Source: Gemmatimonadota bacterium
Lineage (GTDB): Bacteria; Gemmatimonadota; Gemmatimonadetes; Palauibacterales; Palauibacteraceae
Direction: 5' to 3'
Length of the DNA: 64,000 nt
Assembly (NCBI GenBank): GCA_965116475.1
Contig: OZ220691.1
Coordinates: 2,272,001 to 2,336,000, forward strand
The notes under the pieces were generated by a model. That model saw only the letters and a program-made list of their open reading frames with translations. It was not told the DNA's origin and did not search any database. The position numbers and the translations under genes are program-made. Positions 45,941 to 59,850 of the stretch are shown piece after piece (position 1 is the stretch's first letter; every line of letters begins with the position of its first letter).

Positions 45941-47617
45941 ATGGCTCGCAGCCGACTCCGTCCATCGTTCGTTCTCGCGGGAATCGCGGTTCTCGCCGTC
46001 GTCTTCCTTCTCGTGCAGGTGGCGCCGGATCCGGTGGACTCGGCCGCCACGGCCGGTCCCGGCTCGCACGCCGACCTCGTCGCGCTGTTCGACGAGTGGC
46101 GAGCCTTCGAGCGGCCGGAGTTCGTGGATGGCGTGCCCGACTACTCGGCGGCGGCGATGGCGCGCCAGCAGCGGGAGCTCCCGGGCTGGCAGGCGCGGCT
46201 CGGCGGCGGCGCCCCGGAGGGCTGGTCCGTGCCGGAGCGGATCGACTGGCACCTGGTCCGCGCCGAGATGAACGGGCTCGACTTCGATCACCGCGTGCGC
46301 CGCCCCTGGGCGCGCGACCCCGCCTTCTACGTGATGATCTTCGCGGCGGAGAGCGACGTGCCGGCCCACGAGGGGCCGGTCATCCACGGCTGGATCGACC
46401 TCTGGACGTACGACTATCCGCTCGCGGACGCGGATGCCGCCGACCTCGCGGGTCGCATCGGCGCGATCCCGGCGCTCCTGGACCAGGCGCGCGACAACCT
46501 CGCGGACTCGAACGCGCGGGACCTGTGGCTTGCCGGCCCCCGGGCCTTCCGGGGTCAGGTGCGGGACCTCGACGACCTTGCCGCGCGGGTGGCCGGGACG
46601 AGCGCCGCGCTCGACCGGTCCATCGCCGACGCGCGCGCCGCCTCGGAGGCCTTCATCGCGTGGCTGGAGGAGGAGGCGCCCTCCCGCACCGGACCCTCCG
46701 GCGTGGGACGCGAGAACTACACCTGGTACATGCAGAACGTGCACCTCGTCCCCTATTCGTGGGAGGAACAGGTCACGATCATGCGGCGCGAACTCGCCCG
46801 CGCCCACGCTTCGATGCGGCTGGAGGAGAACCGCAACCGTCACCTGCCGGAGCTCGAGCGCATCGCCTCGGCGGAGGAATACGACCGGAGGCTGAACGAG
46901 TCCGTCGACCGCTACATGCGCTTTCTGGAGGAGGAAGAGGTACAGACGACGGAGGAGTGGATGACGCCGGCCCTCCGCGCCGTGAACGGGAGCTTCACGC
47001 CCGCCGAACCCGGCGAGATCCGGAACTTCTTCTCCGAGGTGAACTACCGCGACCCGGATTCGTTCCGGCCGCACATGCACCACTGGATCGAACTCGCCCG
47101 GATGCGCGTGGACCCGCACGCGAGCCCGATCCGTGCCACGCCGTCCCTGTACAACATCTTCGACTCCCGCTCCGAGGGGCTCGCCACCGGTGTGGAGGAG
47201 ATGTTCATGCACCTCGGGCTGCTCGAGGGATCCCCCCGCTCCCGCGAACTCACGTGGATCATGCTGGCGCAGCGGGCCGCGCGGGCGCTGAGCGGCCTCT
47301 ACCTGCACGGCGACGTGTTCGACATGGAGGAGGCGGTGGCCCACGCGATGAAATGGACGCCGCGCGGCTGGCTGCCGGACGGCGCCCTCGTGCGCGGCGA
47401 GCAGAGCCTCTACCTGCGGCAGCCGGGGTACGGGACGAGCTACGTGACCGGGAAGATCCAGATCGAGGATCTGCTCGCGGAGTACGCCATCCAGGAGGGC
47501 GAGGATTTCAGCGTGAAGCGGTTCTTCGATGCCTTCTACGATGTCGGGGTCATTCCCATTGTCCTCACCCGCTGGGAGATGACGGGAGAAGTGGATCCCA
47601 TCCTGGGGGCCAACTGA
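45941..47617 (+). CDS. DUF885 family protein (putative metallopeptidase-like)
   Basis: AGGAGG RBS; RPWARDPAFY, EGLA...EE, QPGYGTSYVTGK motifs. Confidence 0.75.
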   Translation: MARSRLRPSFVLAGIAVLAVVFLLVQVAPDPVDSAATAGPGSHADLVALFDEWRAFERPEFVDGVPDYSAAAMARQQRELPGWQARLGGGAPEGWSVPERIDWHLVRAEMNGLDFDHRVRRPWARDPAFYVMIFAAESDVPAHEGPVIHGWIDLWTYDYPLADADAADLAGRIGAIPALLDQARDNLADSNARDLWLAGPRAFRGQVRDLDDLAARVAGTSAALDRSIADARAASEAFIAWLEEEAPSRTGPSGVGRENYTWYMQNVHLVPYSWEEQVTIMRRELARAHASMRLEENRNRHLPELERIASAEEYDRRLNESVDRYMRFLEEEEVQTTEEWMTPALRAVNGSFTPAEPGEIRNFFSEVNYRDPDSFRPHMHHWIELARMRVDPHASPIRATPSLYNIFDSRSEGLATGVEEMFMHLGLLEGSPRSRELTWIMLAQRAARALSGLYLHGDVFDMEEAVAHAMKWTPRGWLPDGALVRGEQSLYLRQPGYGTSYVTGKIQIEDLLAEYAIQEGEDFSVKRFFDAFYDVGVIPIVLTRWEMTGEVDPILGAN

Positions 47618-47625
47618 CGCGGCCG

Positions 47626-48330
47626 ATGGCGCGGAACGCCACCTGGATGCAGACGGCGCGGCGGCTCCTTCCGCGGCTGGCAGGGCTGGCGCGGGAGATC
47701 CGGCCGACGCTCCATCTCGACTCGGTGAACGGCCTCAGCGCCGGCCGCCTGCGCGATCTCGGCGTCGAGGCCGTCCTCTGGGACGTGGACGGAACGCTGA
47801 TGGCACACCACGCGGGGCTGGTGGATCCGGCGCTCGCGGCCGGGTTCGAGGGTCTGCTCCGGGCGCCGGACCTGCGACACGCGATCGTCTCCAACTGCCA
47901 GGAGGCGCGCTTCGCCGAGCTGGGGGAGATCTTCCCCGAAGTCCCGGTCGTGCTCGGATACGAGACCGGGGCGGGGGCGGCGTTCCGGGTCCGCCGAGGG
48001 CCGCGCGAGTCGTGGCGCGGCCCCGGCGCGGCGGCGGCTGCGTCCGCCGGCGACGGGACCCCGGGGGACCGGCCGATTCGCAAGCCGAGCCGCCGGCTCG
48101 TGCGGGCCGCGCTCGAGGAACTGGAGGTCGCGGACCGGCCGGGGGCGGCGCTGATGGTGGGGGATCAGTACTTCACGGACATCGCGTCGGCGAACCTGGC
48201 CGGCGTCCGCTCGGTGAAGGTGCCCACGCTGCACCGGGCCAGCTTCCCGGCCCCGGTCCGCTGGTCGCAGCGGCTCGAGGCCGTGCTCTACGGGCTTAGG
48301 TACGGCCGGCCGCGGCCGGGCGGCGCTTGA
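47626..48330 (+). CDS. HAD-superfamily phosphatase (YqeG-like)
   Basis: WDVDGTL, IVSN, RKP, MVGDQYFTD. Confidence 0.82.
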   Translation: MARNATWMQTARRLLPRLAGLAREIRPTLHLDSVNGLSAGRLRDLGVEAVLWDVDGTLMAHHAGLVDPALAAGFEGLLRAPDLRHAIVSNCQEARFAELGEIFPEVPVVLGYETGAGAAFRVRRGPRESWRGPGAAAAASAGDGTPGDRPIRKPSRRLVRAALEELEVADRPGAALMVGDQYFTDIASANLAGVRSVKVPTLHRASFPAPVRWSQRLEAVLYGLRYGRPRPGGA

Positions 48331-49025
48331 CGGAGCCGGCCCTCGCCGCGATCGAGCGGGAGGTCACGGCCTGCCGGAAATGTCCGCGGCTCGTCGAGTG
48401 GCGCGAGCGGGTGGCGCGGGAACGCCGGGCTGCCTTCCGCGACGACACGTACTGGGGTCGTCCCGTGCCGGGCTTCGGCGATCCGGCCGCGCGACTCCTC
48501 ATCGTCGGGCTCGCCCCGGCCGCGCACGGCGCCAACCGGACCGGGCGCATGTTCACCGGCGACCGGTCGGGCGACTGGCTCTACCGCGCCCTGCACCGCG
48601 CCGGGTTCGCGTCGCAGCCCGGCTCGACCGGCCGGCACGACGGGCTGGTGCTCCGTGGCGCCTGGGTGACCGCCGCCGTGCGCTGCGCCCCGCCGGCCAA
48701 CAAGCCGACCGCCGGAGAGCGCGAACGGTGCCGGGGCTACCTCGAGCGCGAACTGGACTTCTTCGCCGACGCCCCCGTCATCGTCGCCCTGGGCGGGTTC
48801 TCGTTCTCCGCGCTGCTGAGGATCTTCCGCGAACGCGGCGAAGCCGTGCCGCGGCCGGCGCCCCGATTCGGCCACGGGGTGGAGGTCGGAATCGGGCGCC
48901 GCCTGCTGATCGGCTCCTATCACCCGAGCCAGCAGAACACCTTCACGGGCACCCTCACCGAACCCATGTTCGACGCCATCTGGACCCGCGCCGCCCAACT
49001 CGTCACGCCACCTCGACGCCCGTAA
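48327..49025 (+). CDS. Uracil-DNA glycosylase family 5 (UdgB-like, Fe-S)
   Basis: CRKCPRL, GLAPAAHGANRTGRMFTGD, CAPPANKP, HPSQQN. Confidence 0.93.
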   Translation: MTEPALAAIEREVTACRKCPRLVEWRERVARERRAAFRDDTYWGRPVPGFGDPAARLLIVGLAPAAHGANRTGRMFTGDRSGDWLYRALHRAGFASQPGSTGRHDGLVLRGAWVTAAVRCAPPANKPTAGERERCRGYLERELDFFADAPVIVALGGFSFSALLRIFRERGEAVPRPAPRFGHGVEVGIGRRLLIGSYHPSQQNTFTGTLTEPMFDAIWTRAAQLVTPPRRP

Positions 49026-49171
49026 GCCCCTGGAGGCGCTCTCCCGGTGCCGCCACCACGCGGCACCCTTGCCGAGCATGGCGGCTGTCCGCGCATGTTG
49101 AGGGGGCGCGGACCCATGCAGTGCGCCGGGCGTCCGCGGCGGAAGTCACCGCAAGTCAGGAGCAAGCACAC

Positions 49172-52006
49172 ATGCCTAACACGTCCCGAGGGATCGCCGC
49201 CCGCCTCGCCCTGTCCCTCGCCCTGTCCCTCGCCACCACCCTTGCGTTTCTCCCATCGAGGGTGGCCGCGCAGGACAAACCCACGCTCGGGGCGGACGAC
49301 TACGACCGGTGGGAGAGCCTGGGCCCGGCATCGCTGTCGCCGGACGGGCTCTGGCTCGCCGTCGTCGTCCGTCGCGTGGACGAGACGTCGGAGCTTCGAG
49401 TCCACCGCACGGACTCCGATTCGGTCGCCGTCGTCGCGGAGGGCTCGCGCCCCGAGTTCGGCGCCGACGGAAACTGGCTCGCCTACGTCATCGGCGTCTC
49501 CCCGGACGACCGCGAGCGGCTCGGCGAGCGGGGGGAACCCGTTCGAAACGGCGTTGGCCTCCTCGACCTGCGGACGGGAGAACGGGAGGAGATCGAGGCG
49601 ATCCGGTCGTTCTCCTTCTCCGATGACGGAAAATACCTGGCGCTCCGCCGCTACGGCCCCGAGGAGAGCCGGAGCGACGGCGCCGATGTCCTGGTGCGGG
49701 ATCTGGCCGGGGGCGGGTCGATGAGCTTCGGCAACGTCTCGGAATTCGCGTGGCAGGAGGAGGGGAGCCTGCTGGCCATGATCGTCGACGCCGAGGATCG
49801 GATCGGCAACGGAATCCGGCTCTACGACCCGGCATCCGGCCGCATCCGCTCGCTGGACGCGGACGAGGCGACCTACCGGGAGCTGTCGTGGCGCGAGGAT
49901 GCCCCCGACCTCGCCGTCCTCAAGACGTTCGAGGACGAGTCGCACGAGGACACCGCCCATGTGGCGCTGGCGTGGCGCGATCTGGACTCCGGCAGCCCCC
50001 GGGCGTTCGCGCTCGACCCGCGAGAGCCCTCGGAACTCCCCGGCGGCACCCGGATCGTCGAACACCGCGTTCCTTCCTGGTCCGACGACGGTTCCACGAT
50101 CTTCCTCGGCCTGCAGGAGCGGCGCCCGGTCGAGACTGGGGCGGCGGAGGACGACGCGGAAGGAGAGGGCGACGAGGAGGATGGCGAAGCCGCCGAGGAG
50201 GAAGCCGAAGAGGAAAACGGGGCCGCACGCGACGAGGAGGAGAGCGCGGGCGTCGAGGTCTGGCATTCGCTTGATGTCGATCCCGTCCCCCAGCAGCGCG
50301 TGCGCGAGGACCGGCTGCGGCAGGAACACGACCTCGGCGCCTGGAACCTGGCCGACGGCGGTTTCCTCCTCCTCGGGGGCGATCACGCGGACCAGGTCGA
50401 GATCGCGGAGGGCGGGCGCCATGTGCTGGCCCGCGACGAGACGCCCTACGACGTCGACGCGATGTTCCGCCAGCAGTTCCACGACCTCTACGCCGTCGAC
50501 GCGCGCACGGGGCGCCGCGAACTGGTTCGCGAGCGGATCAACGTGGGGGGCGGTTCCAGCCCCGGTGGGCGCTACGTGGCCTGGTTCGAGGGAGAGGACT
50601 ACTGGATCCACGATCTCGCCACCGGCGAGACGCGCAACGTGACGTCCGGGCTCGGCGGGACGTTCGTGGACCTCGACCGGACGCCGACCCGCGAGCAGAT
50701 GCCGCCCTTCGGGTTCGTCGGCTGGCTGGAGGACGACGCGGCGCTGCTCGTGAACGACCGCTTCGACGTATGGGAGGTGAACCCGGACGGGTCGGGCGGG
50801 AGACGGCTCACGAGCGGGGCGGAAGACTCGATCCGGCACCGCGTGGTGCGGGTCGATCGGGACGCCGACGCCTTCGCTGCGGATGAACCGCTCTACTACT
50901 CGACGTACGGCGAGTGGACCAAGAAGGCCGGCTTTTCACGCGCCCGCCGCGGGGAGACACCGGAGCCGCTGATCTGGGCGGACGCCCGCTTCACGGGCGG
51001 CCTGCTGAAGGCGGAGGACTCCGATGTATACGCCTTCCGCCGCGAGCGGTTCGACGACTCGCCCGACTACTTCGCCGCGGGACCGGACCTGGACGAAGCG
51101 CGGCAGGTCACGCGCACGAACCCCTTCCAGGACGACTACGCCTGGGGTCGCGCTCAACTCATCGACTATGAGAACGAATGGGGACGCCCCCTCCAGGGCG
51201 CGCTCATCTACCCGGCCGACTATGATCCGGATCGGACGTATCCCAAGATCGTGTACCACTACGAACTGCTCTCGCAGAGTCTCCACCAGTACGTCGTCCC
51301 GGATCCCACGCGCTACTACAACATCCAGATCTGGAGCCAGGAAGGGTATTTCGTCTTCCAGCCCGACATCGTCTACCGCGACCGGCGCCCGGGACAGTCG
51401 AACGTGGAGACGCTGCGCCCGGCGGTGGCGGCGGCGGTCGAGACGGGAATGATCGACGCCGACCGCGTCGGCCTCATCGGCCATTCATGGGGCGGATATC
51501 AGACGACGTTCTTCGTCACGCAGGACAATCTCTTCGCGGCCGCGGTGGCGGGCGCGCCGCTCACGAACCTGATGAGCATGTACCTCTCCTTCTACTGGAA
51601 CTCGGGAGGGACGGACGCGCGCATCTTCGAGATCAGCCAGGGCCGCATGCAGGTGCCGTGGTGGGAGGACTGGGACTCCTACTTCAACAACTCTCCGATC
51701 CATCACATTCAGAATCTCGACACGCCCCTCCTGATGGAGTTCGGGACGGAGGACGGCGCCGTGGAGTTCAACCAGGGCGTCGAGTTCTACAACGCGGCCC
51801 GGCGCGCGGGGAAGCATATGGTCATGCTCGTCTACGAAGGGGAGAACCACGGCCTCGCGAGGGAGCCGAATCAGCGCGACTACCAGAGCCGCATACTCCA
51901 GTGGTTCGCCCACTATCTGAAGGGGGAACCCGCTCCCGACTGGATCACCACCGGCGTCCCCTGGCTGGAGCAGAAGGACGGCCCCGGGAAGAAGAAGGTG
52001 AGCTGA
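49172..52006 (+). CDS. Large S9 family prolyl oligopeptidase-like protein, secreted
   Basis: Signal peptide; beta-propeller; GHSWGGY, DGAV, NHGL. Confidence 0.9.
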   Translation: MPNTSRGIAARLALSLALSLATTLAFLPSRVAAQDKPTLGADDYDRWESLGPASLSPDGLWLAVVVRRVDETSELRVHRTDSDSVAVVAEGSRPEFGADGNWLAYVIGVSPDDRERLGERGEPVRNGVGLLDLRTGEREEIEAIRSFSFSDDGKYLALRRYGPEESRSDGADVLVRDLAGGGSMSFGNVSEFAWQEEGSLLAMIVDAEDRIGNGIRLYDPASGRIRSLDADEATYRELSWREDAPDLAVLKTFEDESHEDTAHVALAWRDLDSGSPRAFALDPREPSELPGGTRIVEHRVPSWSDDGSTIFLGLQERRPVETGAAEDDAEGEGDEEDGEAAEEEAEEENGAARDEEESAGVEVWHSLDVDPVPQQRVREDRLRQEHDLGAWNLADGGFLLLGGDHADQVEIAEGGRHVLARDETPYDVDAMFRQQFHDLYAVDARTGRRELVRERINVGGGSSPGGRYVAWFEGEDYWIHDLATGETRNVTSGLGGTFVDLDRTPTREQMPPFGFVGWLEDDAALLVNDRFDVWEVNPDGSGGRRLTSGAEDSIRHRVVRVDRDADAFAADEPLYYSTYGEWTKKAGFSRARRGETPEPLIWADARFTGGLLKAEDSDVYAFRRERFDDSPDYFAAGPDLDEARQVTRTNPFQDDYAWGRAQLIDYENEWGRPLQGALIYPADYDPDRTYPKIVYHYELLSQSLHQYVVPDPTRYYNIQIWSQEGYFVFQPDIVYRDRRPGQSNVETLRPAVAAAVETGMIDADRVGLIGHSWGGYQTTFFVTQDNLFAAAVAGAPLTNLMSMYLSFYWNSGGTDARIFEISQGRMQVPWWEDWDSYFNNSPIHHIQNLDTPLLMEFGTEDGAVEFNQGVEFYNAARRAGKHMVMLVYEGENHGLAREPNQRDYQSRILQWFAHYLKGEPAPDWITTGVPWLEQKDGPGKKKVS

Positions 52007-52008
52007 CC

Positions 52009-55000
52009 ATGATGCTGCGTCCCGGTCGTACCCAGACCCAGGCGTCCCCGGGCCGGGTCTCCGTCCGCGCGCTGGCGTGGGCGGCGGCACTGAGCCTGGC
52101 CCTCGTGTCGGCGCCCCGTGGCGTGGAGGCCCAGTCGTCCGAACGAATCGCGGCGGGATTCACCTGGCGCCTGATCGGGCCGGCGATCTCCGGCGGCCGC
52201 ATCGCCGATCTCGAGGTCGTGCCCGGCACCCAGTCGCACATCTACGTGGGGGCGGCCTCGGGCGGCGTCTGGAAGAGCGTCAACCACGGGACGACCTGGG
52301 AATCGATCTTCGACGACGCGGCGAACCTCTCGATCGGGGACATCGCGCTCGCTCCAGCCGATCCGCTGGAAGTGTGGGTCGGGACCGGGGAACCGAACAA
52401 CCGCAACAGTACGCCATGGGGAGAAGGCGTCTATCACTCCTCCGACGGTGGCAAGACGTGGCGGCTCACGGGGCTGGAGGAGACCCGGCACATCGGGCGC
52501 ATCGCCGTCCATCCCACCGATCCGGACATCGTGTGGGTGGCGGCGCTGGGGCACCTGTTCGGCCCCAACGCCGAGCGCGGCGTGTACCGCACGACCGACC
52601 GCGGCGAGACGTGGACGAAGGTCCTCCACATCGACGACGACACGGGGTTCGTGGACCTCGCCCTCAACCCCGCGGATCCATCCATCATCTACGCGGCCGC
52701 ATACCAGCGCCGGCGGCGGGCGTGGGGGTTCGCGGGCGGCGGGCCGGGGAGCGGCATCTTCAAGTCGACCGACGGCGGGGACTCCTGGCGGGAGGTGACC
52801 GAAGGCCTGCCGGAAGGGGACAAGGGGAGGATCGGGCTCGCCGTCTCGGGGCGGAACCCGGCGCTGGTGATGGCCGTCGTGGAGGCGGAGGCGGGCGGGA
52901 TCTTCATCTCGCGAGACCGCGGCGAGAGCTGGCGGCGCGTCAACGAACTGAACCAGCGTCCGATGTACTACAGCCAGCTCCGGATCGATCCGAACGATGA
53001 AGATCGGGTCTGGCTGGTGGCGGGCAGTCTGCACCGCTCGGAGGATGGCGGCGACACCTTCGAGGCCCTCCCCATGGAGATCGAATACAACACCGGCGTT
53101 CACGTGGACCACCACGACCTGTGGATCGACCCCGAGGACTCGCGCCACATGATCCTCGGGAACGACGGCGGACTCTATTCCACCTGGGACGACGGCGACC
53201 ACTGGACGTTCATCGGGAACATCCCCATCGCCCAGTTCTACGACATCGACCTGGACCTGGCGGACCCGTACCACGTCTACGGGGGACTGCAGGACAACAA
53301 CTCGTACCGGGGCCCCAGCCGGACGCGCCGCTACCAGGGCATCATGAACCGCGACTGGCAGGTCCTCGACTACGGGGACGGGATGTACACGGAGACGGAC
53401 TGGTCGGATCCCGGCACCGTCTACGTGACGTCGCAGAACGCCGGGATCGTGCGCGTGAACCTCGCCACCGGCGACCGGAAGGCGCTCAAACCCTTCCCTC
53501 CGGACACGACGGTCTCGTATCGCTTCGACTGGAAGTCGCCGATTCTGGTGTCCCCGCACGACGCGGACCGGGTCTACCTGGGCGGCAACCGGCTCTTCAT
53601 CTCGGATGATCGGGGGGAGAGCTGGCGCGCGACGGAGGATCTGACGCGACAGATTCATCAGGACAGCCTCGAACTGATGGGGGTGCGTCCGGATTCGACC
53701 ACGCTCTCGAAGCACGATGGCGCCTCCGGGTACGGGGAGATCACGGCCGTGGCGGAGTCGCCGGTCGAGGCGGGGGTGCTGTGGATCGGGGCGGACGACG
53801 GCTCGGTGCGCGTGAGCCGGGACGACGGGGCGAACTGGGAGGACCTGACCGGCCGCGTGGCCGCGGCGGCGGGGCTCCCGTTCCCCTACTACGTGAGCTG
53901 GGTCGAGGCCTCGCACGCGGAGGCGGGGCGCGCGTACGTGAGCCTCGACGGGCACTGGGACGACGACTACGGGCCGCTCGCGGTCGTGACGGAGGATTTC
54001 GGTGCGACCTGGCGCTCGCTCGCCGATGGCCTGAGCGGGTCGGCGGCGGTGACGGGCACGGGTCGGGCGACGGGCGGCGGCATGGCCAGCGTGAACGTGA
54101 TCCGTGAGCACCCGGAGAATCCTGACCTGCTGATCGTCGGCGCGGAGAACGGCGCCTTCGCCTCGCTGGACCGCGGGGCGACCTGGGCCGCGCTCGGCTC
54201 CGGCCTCCCCGCCGTGCCGGTCGACGATGTCGAGATCCACCCGCGCGAGAACGACATCGTGCTCGGCACGCACGGCCGCGCCATCTGGATTCTCGACGAC
54301 ATCGCGCCGCTGTCGCAGCGGTCGGCGGCGGCCGCGACGGGCGCCGGGGCCGTGCAGCTGTTCGCCCCGCGTCCCGCCACGCTTTTCCTGTACCGGAACG
54401 ACGTGCCGTCGATGGGCCAGGGAACGTTCCGCGCCGAAAACCCCGCCTTCGGCGCGAACATCGACTACCGGCTCGCCGCGGAGGTGCCCGGCGGCGTGTC
54501 GATCGATGTGCTGGACAGCGCCGGCGGGGAAGTCCGGAGGCTCGAGGGCCCGGGCGCGGCTGGCCTCAACCGGGTCGCGTGGGACCTGCGGCACGATCCG
54601 CTGCCGCACGACACGACGCGGTACGAGGTACCCAGCCTCGATGCGGGCCCCGAGGGTCCGCTGGTCCTGGCGGGGACGTTCACGGTGCGTCTGACCGCGG
54701 CAGGCGAGACGCGCGAGCAGTCGCTGGAGGTGCGTCCCGACCCGGATCTGCCGGTGTCCGCGGAGGAGCGCCTGGCTCGCTACGAGTTCACGATGGCTCT
54801 TTTCGAGCTCCAGGGGGTGGCCTACAGGGAGGGCAGCGAAGCCTATGACGTGGAGCGCCGGGCCTCCGAGTCGCTCGAGGCGCTGGAGCGTGCGGACGAT
54901 GTGGCCGGGGCGGATCTCGAACGCGCGCGGGAACTTGTGGCCGAGATCGAGGACATCGCCGATGAATGGCGTTCGATCAACGGGGACATCCGCAACTGGT

Positions 55001-55197
55001 GGACCGGCCTGAGAGGCAAGTTCGACGGCGGCCCCTCGACGACCGGATCGCTGACGGGCCCGTCCGACGACCACCGGCGTCGGCTCGAGCGGATCCGCGC
55101 GGAAGTCGAGGCCGCGTCCGCCCGGATGAGTGACGCGGCGGAGGCGCTCGAAACGCTGCAGAATCTGGAGAACCGCGCTACAGAATCTGGAGAATGA
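52009..55197 (+). CDS. VPS10/sortilin-like BNR-repeat glycosyl hydrolase-like protein
   Basis: WRLIGPAISGGR, many SxDxGxxW Asp-boxes, HVDHHDLWI, GNDGG, GGLQDN; paralog of 1..3072. Confidence 0.88.
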   Translation: MMLRPGRTQTQASPGRVSVRALAWAAALSLALVSAPRGVEAQSSERIAAGFTWRLIGPAISGGRIADLEVVPGTQSHIYVGAASGGVWKSVNHGTTWESIFDDAANLSIGDIALAPADPLEVWVGTGEPNNRNSTPWGEGVYHSSDGGKTWRLTGLEETRHIGRIAVHPTDPDIVWVAALGHLFGPNAERGVYRTTDRGETWTKVLHIDDDTGFVDLALNPADPSIIYAAAYQRRRRAWGFAGGGPGSGIFKSTDGGDSWREVTEGLPEGDKGRIGLAVSGRNPALVMAVVEAEAGGIFISRDRGESWRRVNELNQRPMYYSQLRIDPNDEDRVWLVAGSLHRSEDGGDTFEALPMEIEYNTGVHVDHHDLWIDPEDSRHMILGNDGGLYSTWDDGDHWTFIGNIPIAQFYDIDLDLADPYHVYGGLQDNNSYRGPSRTRRYQGIMNRDWQVLDYGDGMYTETDWSDPGTVYVTSQNAGIVRVNLATGDRKALKPFPPDTTVSYRFDWKSPILVSPHDADRVYLGGNRLFISDDRGESWRATEDLTRQIHQDSLELMGVRPDSTTLSKHDGASGYGEITAVAESPVEAGVLWIGADDGSVRVSRDDGANWEDLTGRVAAAAGLPFPYYVSWVEASHAEAGRAYVSLDGHWDDDYGPLAVVTEDFGATWRSLADGLSGSAAVTGTGRATGGGMASVNVIREHPENPDLLIVGAENGAFASLDRGATWAALGSGLPAVPVDDVEIHPRENDIVLGTHGRAIWILDDIAPLSQRSAAAATGAGAVQLFAPRPATLFLYRNDVPSMGQGTFRAENPAFGANIDYRLAAEVPGGVSIDVLDSAGGEVRRLEGPGAAGLNRVAWDLRHDPLPHDTTRYEVPSLDAGPEGPLVLAGTFTVRLTAAGETREQSLEVRPDPDLPVSAEERLARYEFTMALFELQGVAYREGSEAYDVERRASESLEALERADDVAGADLERARELVAEIEDIADEWRSINGDIRNWWTGLRGKFDGGPSTTGSLTGPSDDHRRRLERIRAEVEAASARMSDAAEALETLQNLENRATESGE

Positions 55198-55209
55198 GGG
55201 AGAGTGAGA

Positions 55210-57997
<2,788 letters not shown>

Positions 57998-57998
<1 letters not shown>

Positions 57999-59773
57999 TG
58001 GAGAACATCGAGATCGTCCGCGTGCTCAACGAGGTGGCCGACCTGCTCGAGATCCAGCAGGCGAACCCGTTCCGCGTCCGCGCCTACCGGAATGCCGTGC
58101 GCACGATCAACGCGCACGCGTCGCCCCTCCGCAAACAGGTCGAGCAGGGCGCCGACCTCACCGAACTGCCGTCGATCGGGAAGGGGATGGCGGACAACAT
58201 CCGCGAGCTCGTGGAGAGCGGCCGCCTCGCCATGCTCGAGGAGATGGCGGCCGAGATCCCCCCGGGGCTCGTCGAGTTGATGCGGCTCCCGGGGGTCGGT
58301 CCCAAGAAGGCGCGCAAGCTGTGGGACGAACTGGGCGTCGAATCGATCGACGATCTGGAGGAGGTCGCGGGCGAGGGACGCGTGGCCGAACTGCCCGGTT
58401 TCGGACTCAAGACGCAGGACCGGATCCTCCGCGGCATCCGCAACTATCGCACCAGCACGACCCGCTTCCGCCTCGGAGAGGTCGACAAGCTGCTGCCGCC
58501 GCTGATCGAACACCTGCAGGCGACACCCGGCATCACCCGCCTGGAAGTCGCGGGGAGCTATCGGCGCCGGAAGGAAACCGTGGGCGACATCGATCTCCTC
58601 GTCCTGGCCGACGACGCACGCGCCGCCTCCGACGCCCTCGTCGGGTTTTCCGGCGTGGAGAGCGTGATCGGGGCCGGCGGGACGAAGACCTCGGTACGCC
58701 TCCGCAGCGGGCTGCAGGTCGACCTGCGGGTCGTACCGCCCGAGAGTTGGGGAGCGGCGCTCATCTATTTCACCGGGTCGAAGGAGCACAACATTCGCCT
58801 GCGGCGCCGCGCGCTCGAACGCAAGCTCCGGGTATCCGAGTACGGCGTGTTCACGATCCCCGAGGCGTCGCTCGGCGATGGGCTGGGCGAGCGGGGCATC
58901 GCCTCCGAGGGGGAGATGGTCGCGGGTGCGACGGAGGAGGACGTCTACCGGGCACTCGACCTCTCATGCCTTCCGCCGGAGATTCGCCGCGACCGGGGAG
59001 AGCTCACCGCGTCCGACGCCGGGGAACTGCCCCGCCTGGTCGAGACGTCCGACCTGCGCGGCGACGTCCACATGCACAGCACCTGGTCCGATGGCCGCGC
59101 TTCGCTGGAGGAGATGGTCGCGGCGTGCGCGGCGCGCGGTTACGGGTACATGGCGATCACCGACCACTCGAAGGCGCTGGCGATGGTCGAGGGTCTTGAT
59201 TCCGCCAAGCTTCGACGCCAGTGGGACGAGATCGCGGAAGTCCAGGCCGCGCACCCGGAGATCCGGATCCTGCGCGGGCTGGAGGTCGACATCCTCCGCG
59301 ACGGATCGCTGGACCTCGAGGACGAGATGCTCGAGCGACTCGATGTCGTGATCATCTCCGTTCATTCCTTCCTCGGACTGGAACGGGCGCCGCAGACCGC
59401 CCGCGTACTGAAGGCGCTCTCGCATCCCCGCTCGATGATCTTCGGGCACCCGACGGGACGGATCATCAACCGGCGCGGCCCGATCGATGTGGACATCGAC
59501 GATATCCTGCACGCCTGCGCCGAGTTCGGCGTCGCCGTCGAAGTCAACTCGCACCCCCACCGTCTCGACCTGAAGGACAGCCACCTCTGGCGCGCGCGCG
59601 AACTCGGCGTACCCGTCGTGGTTGCGACCGACGCGCACCGGCCTGACGACCTGGGTCTGGCGCACTACGGCATCGAACAGGCCCGCCGCGCGTGGCTCAC
59701 TCCCGAACACGTCCTCAACACGCGTGGCGTGGACGACTTCCTGGCCGCCCTTTGGAGAAAGCCGGCGAGTTGA
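57998..59773 (+). CDS. polX: DNA polymerase X / PHP 3'-5' exonuclease
   Basis: NPFRVRAY, AGSYRR..ETVGDID, VDLR, YFTGSKEHN; PHP HMHS, TDHS, HPTGR, TDAH. Confidence 0.95.
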
Positions 59774-59850
59774 TCCCCCGTTGAGAGCCCGTCCCCATAC
59801 TCCCGGCGACAAGCAGCCCGTGGGACCCCAGGTCAGGGAGGCTCGGACAC

